Assembly (NCBI GenBank): GCA_965197425.1
Contig: CBDANC010000012.1
Span: 153,077-217,076, forward strand
Reading direction: 5' to 3'
Origin: Bdellovibrionales bacterium
GTDB lineage: Bacteria > Bdellovibrionota > Bdellovibrionia > Bdellovibrionales > JAUICD01
DNA: 64,000 bases
The stretch's first letter is position 1, and every line of letters starts with the position of its first letter. The translations under genes were made by a program, and so were the position numbers. Under the pieces are notes generated by a model, which saw only the letters and a list, made by a program, of their open reading frames with translations, did no database searches and was not told the origin of the DNA. Below are positions 9,563 to 20,267 of this stretch, in pieces.

Positions 9563-10540
9563 TTGAACATCTTTAAAAGACTTCCATTTTTTAGAAGTAG
9601 CGGCACCAGACAGAGCTTACGAGAGTCTATTAGAGAGTCTGGTTCTGAATTTTTAAGTGGCACTCGTATCAGGAGTTCTTATAACAAACCTCCATTCGAA
9701 AAATTTTATATTTATGCATTTTTGCTTCTCTTATCTTTTAGTATATCTGACATTGCTACATTGATTTTAAGAAACAAGATGATACCTGAAGAGGGTAAAT
9801 CTAGGAGTTTAAGAAGACCCAGACTCGCTAATAACAACCTGAACTTTCAAAACACATTGGATAGAAATATTTTTGATCCTACAGGAGAAATACCTCCCCC
9901 TTTTGCTAGTGAAGGTGTGGAAAATCTACTTATGGATCCTGTTCCTTCCTCACTACCTTTGAATTTAATAGGTACAATTGTACATGCAAATCCTGCTAGG
10001 TCGATTGCCACGATACAGGTACAAGGAAATAAAATTATCCCTTTTTCTGCTAGCGATAGCATAGGTGATATGGCAACTATGGTTAGAGTTGAAAGGAGAC
10101 GTGCTATATTTAAAAACTTAAGCAGTAATCAATTGGAGTTTATTCAGATAGACACTGATAGTTTGGCATTAGTGCCTGCAATTAAAAGTGTTCCAAAGGC
10201 CGACCAGGTTGCATCAAGCCAGAACAACCACCGCATAGACAGAGCTGATTTGCACAGATACATGGATGATTTACCTAACTTATTAATGCAAGCTAGAGCT
10301 ATCCCAAATGTTGTGGACGGCAGAGTACAAGGATTTAAAGTAGTAGATATTCAAGAAGGAAGCATATGGGAAACCTTAGGATTAAAAAAAAATGATGTGA
10401 TTAAAGGGGTAAATGGCGAAGCAGTAAATAGCCCTGCTAAAGCTATGGAACTTTACAATACACTAGCTGGTGATAGCGATGTAGGAATAGACATAGAACG
10501 AGACGGTAAGTCTGAAACGTTAAACTATACGATTTTTTAA
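9563..10540 (+). CDS. gspC: Type II secretion protein C (HR + PDZ domains)
   Basis: TM segment, LNLIGT HR domain, C-terminal PDZ (GLKKNDVIKGVNG); precedes gspD. Confidence 0.88.
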   Translation: MNIFKRLPFFRSSGTRQSLRESIRESGSEFLSGTRIRSSYNKPPFEKFYIYAFLLLLSFSISDIATLILRNKMIPEEGKSRSLRRPRLANNNLNFQNTLDRNIFDPTGEIPPPFASEGVENLLMDPVPSSLPLNLIGTIVHANPARSIATIQVQGNKIIPFSASDSIGDMATMVRVERRRAIFKNLSSNQLEFIQIDTDSLALVPAIKSVPKADQVASSQNNHRIDRADLHRYMDDLPNLLMQARAIPNVVDGRVQGFKVVDIQEGSIWETLGLKKNDVIKGVNGEAVNSPAKAMELYNTLAGDSDVGIDIERDGKSETLNYTIF

Positions 10541-10554
10541 AGGAGTAACGTATA

Positions 10555-12957
10555 ATGAAGGCAATTTCAATTTTAGTATTTTTATTAACTTTTATTTACT
10601 CAGAAAGTGTGAGGCTCCAGACACCGCTACCTCCTCCTCCTCCCCCACCCACTCCACCGTCACCACCGTCACCACCGCCACCACCGTCACCACCTTCTCC
10701 ACCTCCCGAAGTTAGTAGCAATGAAGGTAGTTCTGATGGCACATTTGATGTTAATGCTCCTGATAAGTCCATAAAATTTTCAGATGCTAATATAGAAGAT
10801 ATTAACAACGAGAATTTTCCTGACTTAATAGAAAACTTTGATTTTCCAAATGCTGATATTGGTAGTGTTATAAGTAGTATATCAGAGCTAACTGGAAAGA
10901 ATTTTATAATTGATCCTTCCATTAGTGGAAAAATAACCATAATGGCTCCTACTAAAATTACTGTTGCTGAAGCCTATCAAGCATTTTTATCTGCCCTTGC
11001 AATAAATGGTTTAGCGGTAGTACCCAGTGGTAAGTTTCTAAAAATTAAACCTGCCAAGCAGGCTCAAGCAGATAGTGAGATATATTCAGGTGCTTATACT
11101 CCTGATATGGATCAAATGATCACCAGAGTTATTCAGTTAAAATATATTCAAGCCAAGGATGTGAATCAATTTTTAAAACCTTTAGCTTCTAGAGAAGCTA
11201 ACTTTTTAGCGTATGAACCTACCAATACCATTATCATATCCGACTATGGCTCTAACATTAACAGGATGATACAGATCATTGAGAGAATAGATGTAGAAAG
11301 CTTTAACGAACAGATGTCAGTAATCCCAATCAAGTTTGCAAAAGCCAAGGATATTTCTGATATGATTGAAAAAATAATCAATAAAGGATCCCAAGGTGCA
11401 AGAGGCAGACTGTCTAGGCTTAGAAGGGCACCACCTCAAAATGAAACTAAACAAGCGTTATCTCTTGTAACCCCTGACGAAAGAACAAATTCCATAATTG
11501 TAGTTGGTAGCCAGGGTGGAATTGCTAGAGTAAGAAAACTTATATCACAGTTAGATTTTGAGATAGGGCTAGATGAGTCAGGCGGTGTACATGTCTACTA
11601 TGTTAAGTATGGTGAAGCAAAACAAATTGCTACAACTATAAACGGCATAAAAGAAACCCGTCGTACTGGTGGAGAGAACAGAGGAAGGCTTAGAGCACCA
11701 GTTGGAGCAACAGATGCATCTACTGGCATGTTTGATGATGATGTTAAGGTCACAGCTGATGAACAAACCAACAGCCTTGTGATCGCTGCTAGTAAACAGG
11801 ATTATGACATCATATTATCTCTTATATCAAAACTAGATGTTCCAAGGGATCAAGTGTTTGTTGAAGCAGTAATAATGGAGATGGAAGTTACAGATGGAAT
11901 GAGTTATGGATTTAGTGCTGGAATGTTTCAACCTGGCACTGGGGGACTTGGTAGAGCAGGATTTTTTAGTAATATTGCAGAAATGCTTGATGTGGCGGGT
12001 ACTACGGGTTTGGTATTAGGTTTTGGCAGGGGTGAGGATGTACAGATAAATCTTCCATCTCAAGAAAACCCATTTACCATAAAATCCCTAACAGGCTTTT
12101 TGAACTTTTTAAAAAGTGTAACCAACACAAATGTTCTGTCTACCCCTCAGATTCTAGCATTAGATAATGAAGAGGCAATGATAGAAGTTGGGGAAGAAGT
12201 TCCAGTTGCACAAAGATCCAGTGTGGTTGCTGGTGGAATACAAAACAATTCTGTAGAGTATAAAGATGCTACAATAAAATTAACCTTAACCCCTTACATC
12301 AGTCCAGACAAAGAAACAATAAGGCTAAAGATAGATCAGTCGATTAAACAAGTTTCTCAGAAAAGTGTAACAGCTCCAGCTTTAGCCAACGTCGCAGTTG
12401 GTATCAGTAAAAGAAATATGAAATCAAATGTGGTTGTCAGAAATGGAGACACTGTTGTTTTGGGAGGATTGTTGAAAGATCAAGACGCTCCTACCATAAG
12501 CAAAGTACCCCTTTTAGGTGACATACCAATCTTAGGTTGGTTATTTAAGTCAAAGCAAACCAATACACAAAAGCTAAACCTTATGGTATTTTTGACTCCT
12601 AGAATTGTCAGCACCAAAAGTGAGGCGAGGGATTTGTCTGATCTAAAACTAAGGGAAAGATTGCAATTTATTAAAGATAATATGGGCGGTGTAGATGCAC
12701 ACGGCAGAGTAGTAGAACAAATCAGACACTCTAATAGAACAGACAATGTTATGCTAACTGATCTAGTAGAAGAAGATGACCTATCTTTAGAGGATACAGA
12801 AGACTACGATTTTGATGCAGCAACAGAAGAAGATGATTTTGGTTTAGATGAAGTAGAAACTAGTGATCCTCTTGATGATGCCACCGATTTTGAACTAGAT
12901 TTGGATAGTGGTGAAACCGAAGAACCTATAGACATAGATGCAGGCGAGGTAATGTAA
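10555..12957 (+). CDS. gspD: Type II secretion secretin
   Basis: N0-N3 domains, QVFVEAVIME, KVPLLGDIPILGWLF, LMVFLTPRIV; poly-Pro N-terminus and acidic tail. Confidence 0.96.
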   Translation: MKAISILVFLLTFIYSESVRLQTPLPPPPPPPTPPSPPSPPPPPSPPSPPPEVSSNEGSSDGTFDVNAPDKSIKFSDANIEDINNENFPDLIENFDFPNADIGSVISSISELTGKNFIIDPSISGKITIMAPTKITVAEAYQAFLSALAINGLAVVPSGKFLKIKPAKQAQADSEIYSGAYTPDMDQMITRVIQLKYIQAKDVNQFLKPLASREANFLAYEPTNTIIISDYGSNINRMIQIIERIDVESFNEQMSVIPIKFAKAKDISDMIEKIINKGSQGARGRLSRLRRAPPQNETKQALSLVTPDERTNSIIVVGSQGGIARVRKLISQLDFEIGLDESGGVHVYYVKYGEAKQIATTINGIKETRRTGGENRGRLRAPVGATDASTGMFDDDVKVTADEQTNSLVIAASKQDYDIILSLISKLDVPRDQVFVEAVIMEMEVTDGMSYGFSAGMFQPGTGGLGRAGFFSNIAEMLDVAGTTGLVLGFGRGEDVQINLPSQENPFTIKSLTGFLNFLKSVTNTNVLSTPQILALDNEEAMIEVGEEVPVAQRSSVVAGGIQNNSVEYKDATIKLTLTPYISPDKETIRLKIDQSIKQVSQKSVTAPALANVAVGISKRNMKSNVVVRNGDTVVLGGLLKDQDAPTISKVPLLGDIPILGWLFKSKQTNTQKLNLMVFLTPRIVSTKSEARDLSDLKLRERLQFIKDNMGGVDAHGRVVEQIRHSNRTDNVMLTDLVEEDDLSLEDTEDYDFDAATEEDDFGLDEVETSDPLDDATDFELDLDSGETEEPIDIDAGEVM

Positions 12958-12960
12958 GTT

Positions 12961-14652
12961 TTGAAAAAAGAGCATATAGAAGGTTTTTTACTTAAAAACA
13001 CCAAGATTTCCAAAAGAGAAGTTATTGGGCTTATGAATTATAAGCTAGATGATGATCAAACTATTTGGAATACTTTGGAAGGCAAGGACTATGACAATGC
13101 CGAAGATATTTTAAGCCATGTATGTGGCTTAATTGAAGTCCCCTATGTAAAAGACATACCTATAAACGATATCTCCGTTGATCTGATCAAAAACTTACCG
13201 CTTAAATATGCAACCGATAATTTTATTTTACCCTTTAAGGAAGAACAAGACCATGTTCAAGTACTTACAAGTAATCCACTAGACACAAAAACTTTGGATA
13301 ATTTGAGAGTTTTGTTTGGCAAAAAAATTGTCCCAATGGTTTCCATTACTACCAAAATTCAAGATGCAGTCAATAAGGTGTATGAGAGGAGTGCAGGTGC
13401 ATTCGAGGGCCTTGATGAGGTAGATGAGGATGATGATTATGATCTGGAGCAACAGGAGGCAGACTTACTTGATGTAGGTGAGGATGATGCACCTGTAATT
13501 AAGTTGGTTAATAGATTATTTTCTAGAGCAATTAAAGAAAAAGCTTCTGACATACACATAGAACCCTACGAAGGCGATGTGGTGGTTAGATTTAGAATTG
13601 ATGGAATTTTATATGATGTATTCAAACCATCTAAAAGGTTACAAAACGCCATAATCTCCAGAATAAAAGTACTAGGTAATTTAAATATAGCAGAAAAAAG
13701 ACTCCCTCAAGACGGTAGAATTCAACTTAAGCTTGCAGGGCGATCTATAGATGTCAGGCTTAACACAGTTCCTATTATACATGGAGAAAGGTTGGTTATG
13801 CGTCTTCAGGACAGATCAAATGTAGTGCTTGAGTTAGAGCAACTTGGTTTTCCCAAAAGTACTTTAGATTCATTATCTGGCCAATTTAAAAAAACTCATG
13901 GAATTATTTTGGTAACAGGTCCTACTGGTAGTGGTAAGTCCACAACTTTGTATGCTGGTCTTATGAAAATAAATGGCGTTGAAAGAAATATTATTACAGT
14001 AGAAGATCCTGTAGAAAACAGAGTACATGGTATTGGACAAATACAGGTTAACAGTAAAATAGGATTAAATTTTGCAGATGGTTTAAGGGCAATTTTGCGT
14101 CAGGACCCAGATGTAATAATGATTGGTGAGATAAGGGACTTGGAAACAGCTGAAATTGCTATCAATGCATCTTTAACAGGTCACTTAGTATTAAGCACAA
14201 TTCACACCAATGATTCAGCTGGAGCTATACCCAGACTTGTGGATATGGGATGTGAGCCATTTTTGATCTCAAGTTCACTTTTAGGTGTAATAGCTCAGAG
14301 GCTAATAAGGCTTTTATGCGACAGTTGTAAAGAACCTTATGCTCTTACAGATGAAGATATTAAAGAGCTGGAGATTACACGAGAAGAGGCATCAAAGGGT
14401 ACTGTTTTTAGAGCAGTTGGTTGTGCAGATTGCGGCCAAAAAGGCTATAGAGGTAGAGCTGTAATTTCAGAATTTTTGTTGGTTACAGATAATGTAAGAA
14501 GATTAATTTTACAGAGAAAAGATGCGAACTCGATCAAAAAAGAGGCCAGAGCTTCTGGTATGAAAACCATAAGAGAAGATGGGGTTAGAAAAATTTTAGA
14601 TGGTGAAACCACCATTGAAGAAGTTTTAAGTAATTCACAAGTGGATAACTGA
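12961..14652 (+). CDS. gspE: Type II secretion ATPase
   Basis: ASDIHIEP, GPTGSGKS, LRQDPD, tetra-Cys motif. Confidence 0.96.
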   Translation: MKKEHIEGFLLKNTKISKREVIGLMNYKLDDDQTIWNTLEGKDYDNAEDILSHVCGLIEVPYVKDIPINDISVDLIKNLPLKYATDNFILPFKEEQDHVQVLTSNPLDTKTLDNLRVLFGKKIVPMVSITTKIQDAVNKVYERSAGAFEGLDEVDEDDDYDLEQQEADLLDVGEDDAPVIKLVNRLFSRAIKEKASDIHIEPYEGDVVVRFRIDGILYDVFKPSKRLQNAIISRIKVLGNLNIAEKRLPQDGRIQLKLAGRSIDVRLNTVPIIHGERLVMRLQDRSNVVLELEQLGFPKSTLDSLSGQFKKTHGIILVTGPTGSGKSTTLYAGLMKINGVERNIITVEDPVENRVHGIGQIQVNSKIGLNFADGLRAILRQDPDVIMIGEIRDLETAEIAINASLTGHLVLSTIHTNDSAGAIPRLVDMGCEPFLISSSLLGVIAQRLIRLLCDSCKEPYALTDEDIKELEITREEASKGTVFRAVGCADCGQKGYRGRAVISEFLLVTDNVRRLILQRKDANSIKKEARASGMKTIREDGVRKILDGETTIEEVLSNSQVDN

Positions 14653-15863
14653 TGCCAACATTTGAATATAGAGGAATAAACAAAAAAGGTGAGGATGTAA
14701 AGAGTAGAATAGATGCTGATACTATAAGATCTGCTCAAGCAAAGCTTAAAAAAGATGGCATCTTTATAACAGACATAAAAAGCTCAAAAACTGACAAGGC
14801 TAAGCGAAAAAAAGCTGCATCTAAAGGTAGAGTTTCTACTGAAGATTTATCCATGATGACAAGGCAGCTTGCCACCTTGTTGAAAGCAAACATTCCCTTG
14901 GTAGATACCCTAAGCGCTGTAAAAGATCAGGTGGAAAACCCTAATTTAAAGGAAGCACTGACAGATATAAGAAATCAGGTAAATGAAGGTAAACCTCTTT
15001 TTAAATCCATGGCTAAGTATCCTAAGTTTTTTAGCAAGATATATGTTTACATGTGTGAAGCTGGAGAGAAGTCAGGGACACTTGACTCCATTTTGATGAG
15101 GTTGGCTGAATTTGCAGAAGCTCAAGATGAATTAAACAAAAAGGTAAAGTCAGCCATGCTATATCCAATAATTATGTTGATATTTACTTTTGGTATGTTG
15201 ATTGGTTTGTTTGTATACGTTATCCCAAAAATTACTACTATATTTGAACAGGCTGATATGAAATTACCTTGGTATTCAGAAGCTATTATTGGTTTTAGCG
15301 ATATATTAGTCAATTATTGGTACATAATCGTAATTGCTATTGTTTCGTTTGTTTTATTGTTTAAAACATGGAAGAAAACTGATTCCGGTTCAAAACAATG
15401 GGATAGGTTATCTTTAAAACTACCTGTAACAGGTGAACTCACCAGAATGGTGGCTGTTAGTAGATTTACCAGAACCTTATCTACTCTATTAAATGGTGGT
15501 GTTCCAATGTTGGAGGCTTTGGATATTGTGAAGAATGTGGTTAACAACTATGTTTTGGCTTCAGCAATAGAGGATGCCAGAAACAACATAAGTGAGGGTG
15601 AAACAATAGCCAAACCGCTACAACAATCCAAACAGATACCACTTTTGGTTATTCACATGATAAACATTGGGGAAAGAACGGGTGAGCTAGAAAACATGCT
15701 ATCTCATGTGTCCGATTCATATGATTTTCAGGTTAAAACAAAAATAGCAGGTCTTACCAGCTTACTCGAACCTATGCTTATTGTAGTGATGGGTGTTGTG
15801 ATAGGAATCATCGTAGTTGCTATAATGATACCAATATTTGAAATGTCTAATATAAGCGGTTAA
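14652..15863 (+). CDS. gspF: Type II secretion inner-membrane platform protein
   Basis: RQLATLL, AGEKSGTL, A..YP, GERTGEL, LLEP. Confidence 0.96.
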   Translation: MPTFEYRGINKKGEDVKSRIDADTIRSAQAKLKKDGIFITDIKSSKTDKAKRKKAASKGRVSTEDLSMMTRQLATLLKANIPLVDTLSAVKDQVENPNLKEALTDIRNQVNEGKPLFKSMAKYPKFFSKIYVYMCEAGEKSGTLDSILMRLAEFAEAQDELNKKVKSAMLYPIIMLIFTFGMLIGLFVYVIPKITTIFEQADMKLPWYSEAIIGFSDILVNYWYIIVIAIVSFVLLFKTWKKTDSGSKQWDRLSLKLPVTGELTRMVAVSRFTRTLSTLLNGGVPMLEALDIVKNVVNNYVLASAIEDARNNISEGETIAKPLQQSKQIPLLVIHMINIGERTGELENMLSHVSDSYDFQVKTKIAGLTSLLEPMLIVVMGVVIGIIVVAIMIPIFEMSNISG

Positions 15864-15989
15864 CACTGAGATGTTTCGGCAATAAACTTGTCTTTGCCAG
15901 TTTTTATAGAAACCTTTACGTTTTAGCCTGTCTCAATGTCCTATCGATCTACTAAAAATATAAATAATAAGGTGTAGGAAGTTTTAGAG

Positions 15990-17759
15990 CTACTTCTTGC
16001 TATAGTTTTCTAAAATCTGGACCACTTCAATATTGCCATAATATCTTGCCATTTGCAAAGCTGTCTCACCCCATCTATTTTGCAAATCAATATTTGTTAC
16101 TTCGTGTTTTAGGAGAAGCTCAACCAAGTTTTTATTATTCAACATAACAGCCCACATTAGGGGTGTATAACTGTTAGAACTTCTAATATTTGTGTCTATA
16201 CCAGGTGTTATCAAAAGCTGTGATACAATATCTTCGTGATCGTGAATGACTGCAAGCCCCAGGGCAGATTCTTCTGTGTTACTTTTCAAGTTCACCATGA
16301 TGTTAGGAACTTCTAAAAGAATTTTAACGATTTCAAAATGCTTACCTCCAGCAGCCAGAATTAAGACGGTAAACCCGTTTTCGTTTCTAATGTTTACATC
16401 TGCACCTGAGTTTACAAGTTCTCTTACAATTTCAGGTGTCTGACTGAAGACAGCCGAAATTAAGGCTGTATTTTCTAACTTATCCTGAATATCAGTATCT
16501 ACGTTCTCTTGGGCAATTAGAGTTTTTGCAATCTCCACATGCCCATGAAAAGCCCCCCACATCAAAGCTGTTTGATGATGATCATCCTGCCAATTTATAT
16601 AATTTCCACTGTTATTGGACTCTAAAAGCAGTTTTACAATATCGAGGTTACCCATAATAGTTGCCAGTATAAGAGCGGTTTGCCCGTTTTCATGCTCAAT
16701 GTCTGTACCATCACCATGCGGTTCTTCAAGCATGAGCTTTGCGATATCTGTCTTGTTATTCACTATAGCCAGATAGAGCGCAGATATACCACGGCTACTT
16801 TGATAGTTTACATCCGCGTACACTTTTAAAAGAAATTCGACAACATCTATTTGATCATTTTTAACTGCTTTCATCAAAGCAGTGTATCCCTCATTATTTT
16901 CTTCATTTAAATTTATAACTCGGTTACTGGTAAATACAATGTTTATAACAATGTTGATGTAGCCATTTTCACTTGCTATTATCATTGCGGTATTTCCATC
17001 ATTGTCTTTTAAGTTAGCATCAGTGTCTGACCCTAGTGCTAAAAGATAAACCACTGCATTATTGTTTCCTAGTTCAGACGCAATTATTAAAGGAGTTTTG
17101 TCCTCTTCATCTGGCATATTTGTATTTGCATTGGATTTTAAAAGGCTTACTAAAACGTTCATATGATTATTCAAAATGGAAAGCATTAAAGGCGTTCGCA
17201 TCCTTCTATCCTGAATATCAGTATCTATATTAGGTTGTTGGAGCAGTACTTTAACTATATTGTTGTTTCCAATCTTGGATGCAATATGTAGAGCAGTTTC
17301 CCTTAGATTATTTTTTAAATTTGCATTTACTCCATGTCTTAGAAGCAAGTTGGTTGACGTTTCATTCTGGCTGAGAACTGCCCACATTAATGCAGTATTT
17401 CCGCTTGCATCCTTTTGATTGAGATACTCTACATCTAGATTTGAGTTCAAAAGCATTCTAACAAATGAGCTGTTCCGTTTTCTGCTTGCAAGTATTATTG
17501 TTGTATTATTAGATCCATCTTTTACATGTTTATCTATCTCGGGGACTGATAAAAGAAGCCTTGCAATATTTGTATATCCACCCTTAATGGCTGCCAGTAG
17601 TGCTGTTTCAGAATTAGAGTTTTGATAATTAACATCCACTGTTTTTTCTAATATAAGATCCTCAGCTTCTTCCAGGTGGCCCTTTTGAATTGCTTCTATC
17701 AAAGCATTGGGGTTTGCAAATACATTCGCACAGGCAAACGAAAGTACCAAGAAACTCAT
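15990..17759 (-). CDS. Secreted ankyrin-repeat protein (roughly 15-16 repeats)
   Basis: Repeated G.TAL/TPL..A...G...IV..LL units; signal-peptide-like MSFLVLSFACANVFA (alternative GTG start at 17807). Confidence 0.9.
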   Translation of the reverse strand: MSFLVLSFACANVFANPNALIEAIQKGHLEEAEDLILEKTVDVNYQNSNSETALLAAIKGGYTNIARLLLSVPEIDKHVKDGSNNTTIILASRKRNSSFVRMLLNSNLDVEYLNQKDASGNTALMWAVLSQNETSTNLLLRHGVNANLKNNLRETALHIASKIGNNNIVKVLLQQPNIDTDIQDRRMRTPLMLSILNNHMNVLVSLLKSNANTNMPDEEDKTPLIIASELGNNNAVVYLLALGSDTDANLKDNDGNTAMIIASENGYINIVINIVFTSNRVINLNEENNEGYTALMKAVKNDQIDVVEFLLKVYADVNYQSSRGISALYLAIVNNKTDIAKLMLEEPHGDGTDIEHENGQTALILATIMGNLDIVKLLLESNNSGNYINWQDDHHQTALMWGAFHGHVEIAKTLIAQENVDTDIQDKLENTALISAVFSQTPEIVRELVNSGADVNIRNENGFTVLILAAGGKHFEIVKILLEVPNIMVNLKSNTEESALGLAVIHDHEDIVSQLLITPGIDTNIRSSNSYTPLMWAVMLNNKNLVELLLKHEVTNIDLQNRWGETALQMARYYGNIEVVQILENYSKK

Positions 17760-18026
17760 CAACTCTAAGGGGAAATATCTGATATTGTCTGGTAGGTTAA
17801 GTTGCACGACCTTGGGTATAACCTTTTTCTAGATAATATGGTGTGTTTTTTAGATAATTTATAAAATTTTTATCCAAGCCCTCATCTTTTGTCCCAAGCA
17901 GCCATGGTGTTTCCGAGCAAAGCTCAAGAAAACGCGGTTGCTAGCTAGAAGATAAATAAATGTTTACACATTGTTGAGGGTTTTATATAAATAGACTGTG
18001 TTTAAGAAATGTATGAGGGAGATTTT

Positions 18027-18443
18027 ATGAAGAGAAGTTTTAAGCAAAAAGGGATGACATTAGTAGAGATAATGATTGTATTGGTCATTATTGCTGGTTT
18101 GGCTAGTGTGTTGATTACGCAAGTAAACTCGCAGCTTAAAAAGGCCAGGATGAATGAAGCAAAGATCCTTATTAAGGAAATAGGCAAATCTCTTGATATG
18201 TATTCAGCTGATTGTGGGAATTACCCAGATGCATCTGATGGTCTTTATGAGTTGATAGAGGATTCTGGTGCTTGTTCTAACTGGGGACCTGATCCTTACC
18301 TAAAACGTTTGCCAAAAGATCCTTGGAATAATGACCTTGTGTACGACATTGATGGTGGAGACTATATTTTAGTATCTTTAGGAGCAGATAGAAGAGAGGG
18401 TGGAACAGGTTTTGATGAAGATATATCTTCAGACGATCTATAA
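18027..18443 (+). CDS. gspG: T2SS major pseudopilin
   Basis: Prepilin motif KG/MTLVEIM, GPDPYL, PKDPW, SLGAD. Confidence 0.93.
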   Translation: MKRSFKQKGMTLVEIMIVLVIIAGLASVLITQVNSQLKKARMNEAKILIKEIGKSLDMYSADCGNYPDASDGLYELIEDSGACSNWGPDPYLKRLPKDPWNNDLVYDIDGGDYILVSLGADRREGGTGFDEDISSDDL

Positions 18444-18452
18444 TCTTTATGT

Positions 18453-19052
18453 ATGAATCTATCTAGGGGCTTTACTCTTGTTGAGATAATGGTTGTACTT
18501 GCCATCTTGGGTGCAATGGCAAGTATGATCCTTCCTAGGATGAGTTCTAGAAACAATAAAATAAAATCAACCGTTAGAAATTTATCTGTCGTAGGAAAAC
18601 AGTTGCAGAACAATGCGAGACTGTATAACAAAACATATAGAATAGTATTTAACCTTCCAGAGGATGAAGAACACTCCTTTTTTGTAGAAAGTGCAGAAGG
18701 TGTGCAATTAGTTGCAAATACGGAGGAAGAAAAAGAAAGGCAAGAGGAAACAGATGAAGACGAGGATGAAGAAGAACATGTGATTAAGGTTTTTAACCCT
18801 GATTTAAAAGTCATGAAAAAGCCAATTGTTCTTCCAGACCCACTTTACTTTGAAAAAATAGAGCTTTCTAGTGGCGAGGTATCAGAAGGAGAGGCTTATG
18901 TACACTTTTTTCCTCAAGGACTTGTAGAAGAGGTTGCAATACATATATCTGATGGTGACAATTTAAACTGGACGGTTACTTATAACACTCTTGTAGGAAC
19001 AGGGCACATTATAAGTAGCCATGTAAGCTTAAAGGATATTAGAGGCAGATGA
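18453..19052 (+). CDS. gspH: T2SS minor pseudopilin H-like
   Basis: G/FTLVEIM, FFPQG; position after gspG. Confidence 0.8.
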   Translation: MNLSRGFTLVEIMVVLAILGAMASMILPRMSSRNNKIKSTVRNLSVVGKQLQNNARLYNKTYRIVFNLPEDEEHSFFVESAEGVQLVANTEEEKERQEETDEDEDEEEHVIKVFNPDLKVMKKPIVLPDPLYFEKIELSSGEVSEGEAYVHFFPQGLVEEVAIHISDGDNLNWTVTYNTLVGTGHIISSHVSLKDIRGR

Positions 19053-19531
19053 ATAATCGAGCATTTTCATTGATGGAGGTTTTGGTAGCTATGATGTTGT
19101 TAACTGGTGCCATTGTAGCTTTGTCAAGTGCATGGTCAGGTAGTATGATGGCATATAGGAGGGGTAGACAGGTTGATATAGTAATCAATCTTTTGCAGCA
19201 AAAGATGACTGAGAAAGAACTTGAGTTTAAAGAAAATTTTCCATCTGATGAATTAGAAGAGGTTGGAGATTTTGGATCAGATTTTCCTAATATGTCTTGG
19301 AAATTGGTTGTTAAAAATAAAGAGTTTCCAGATTTAAGCTCTGTACTAATAACCCAAAATGAAGGTGCAGATCAATTAACCTTAAGCGTACTGGGACAGA
19401 TGACAGACTATATGTCTCAAACTGTAAAAGAAATGAAGGTATCAATTTTGTGGAATACCAGAGGCAAGATACAAGATTATAGTGCAACCACATATTTAGT
19501 GAAGTTTGACTTACCATTTACTCCAGGATAA
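19049..19531 (+). CDS. gspI: T2SS minor pseudopilin I-like
   Basis: A/FSLMEVLVA prepilin motif; position. Confidence 0.78.
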   Translation: MNNRAFSLMEVLVAMMLLTGAIVALSSAWSGSMMAYRRGRQVDIVINLLQQKMTEKELEFKENFPSDELEEVGDFGSDFPNMSWKLVVKNKEFPDLSSVLITQNEGADQLTLSVLGQMTDYMSQTVKEMKVSILWNTRGKIQDYSATTYLVKFDLPFTPG

Positions 19532-20211
19532 TGAAACAAACTGGTTTTACATTAGTAGAAGTTGTAATAGCAATAAGCATTCTAGCAATTTTATCATTGC
19601 TAACACAGCAATCTATTCAACAAGCTGTTAGACAAAAAACTAAGATACAGGGTAATTTGGAAAGATCTTCAGAGTTAAGATCAGCTTTCAGGGTTATGGA
19701 AAGAGATTTACAGATGGCATTTCATTACAACAGAGGCAATGACTTTAGATCTCCACCTACAACACAAGTTGATAAAACAGATGCTACTGTATTTAAAGGT
19801 ACGGAGGAAAGAGTAGATTTTACTTCATTAAACAATGCTAGAATATATACTGGTTCTCTTGAAAGTGATCAAAATGAAATAGGCTATTATACCTCAGAAT
19901 GTAGAAGATTAGTTAGACCAACTGAAACCTCAACCTGCCTGTGGAGGAGAGTTTCTAAGATAATTGATGATGATGTGACAAAAGGTGGTGCTGAAACCGT
20001 TTTATTAGAAAATGTATCCAACCTACAATTTAAATTCTATAACAATAGAACCCAAGAATGGCTTGAAGAGTGGAATTCGGATCAAACACAAGATAACAGA
20101 ACTTCAAATAAATTTCCTGATGCTGTCGAAGTTATGATAGAAACAGATGCTGATGAAAAACAGTTAAGTTTTAGTTCCGTCGTGCCTATAAGACATCCCA
20201 ACAATAACTAA
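19531..20211 (+). CDS. gspJ: T2SS minor pseudopilin J
   Basis: G/FTLVEVV, MERDL, W.EEW, P.AVEV. Confidence 0.85.
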   Translation: MKQTGFTLVEVVIAISILAILSLLTQQSIQQAVRQKTKIQGNLERSSELRSAFRVMERDLQMAFHYNRGNDFRSPPTTQVDKTDATVFKGTEERVDFTSLNNARIYTGSLESDQNEIGYYTSECRRLVRPTETSTCLWRRVSKIIDDDVTKGGAETVLLENVSNLQFKFYNNRTQEWLEEWNSDQTQDNRTSNKFPDAVEVMIETDADEKQLSFSSVVPIRHPNNN

Positions 20212-20267
20212 TAGCAAACACTATTACCGACACAACCACCTAACCAGGAAAAGATATTCGTAAGTTT

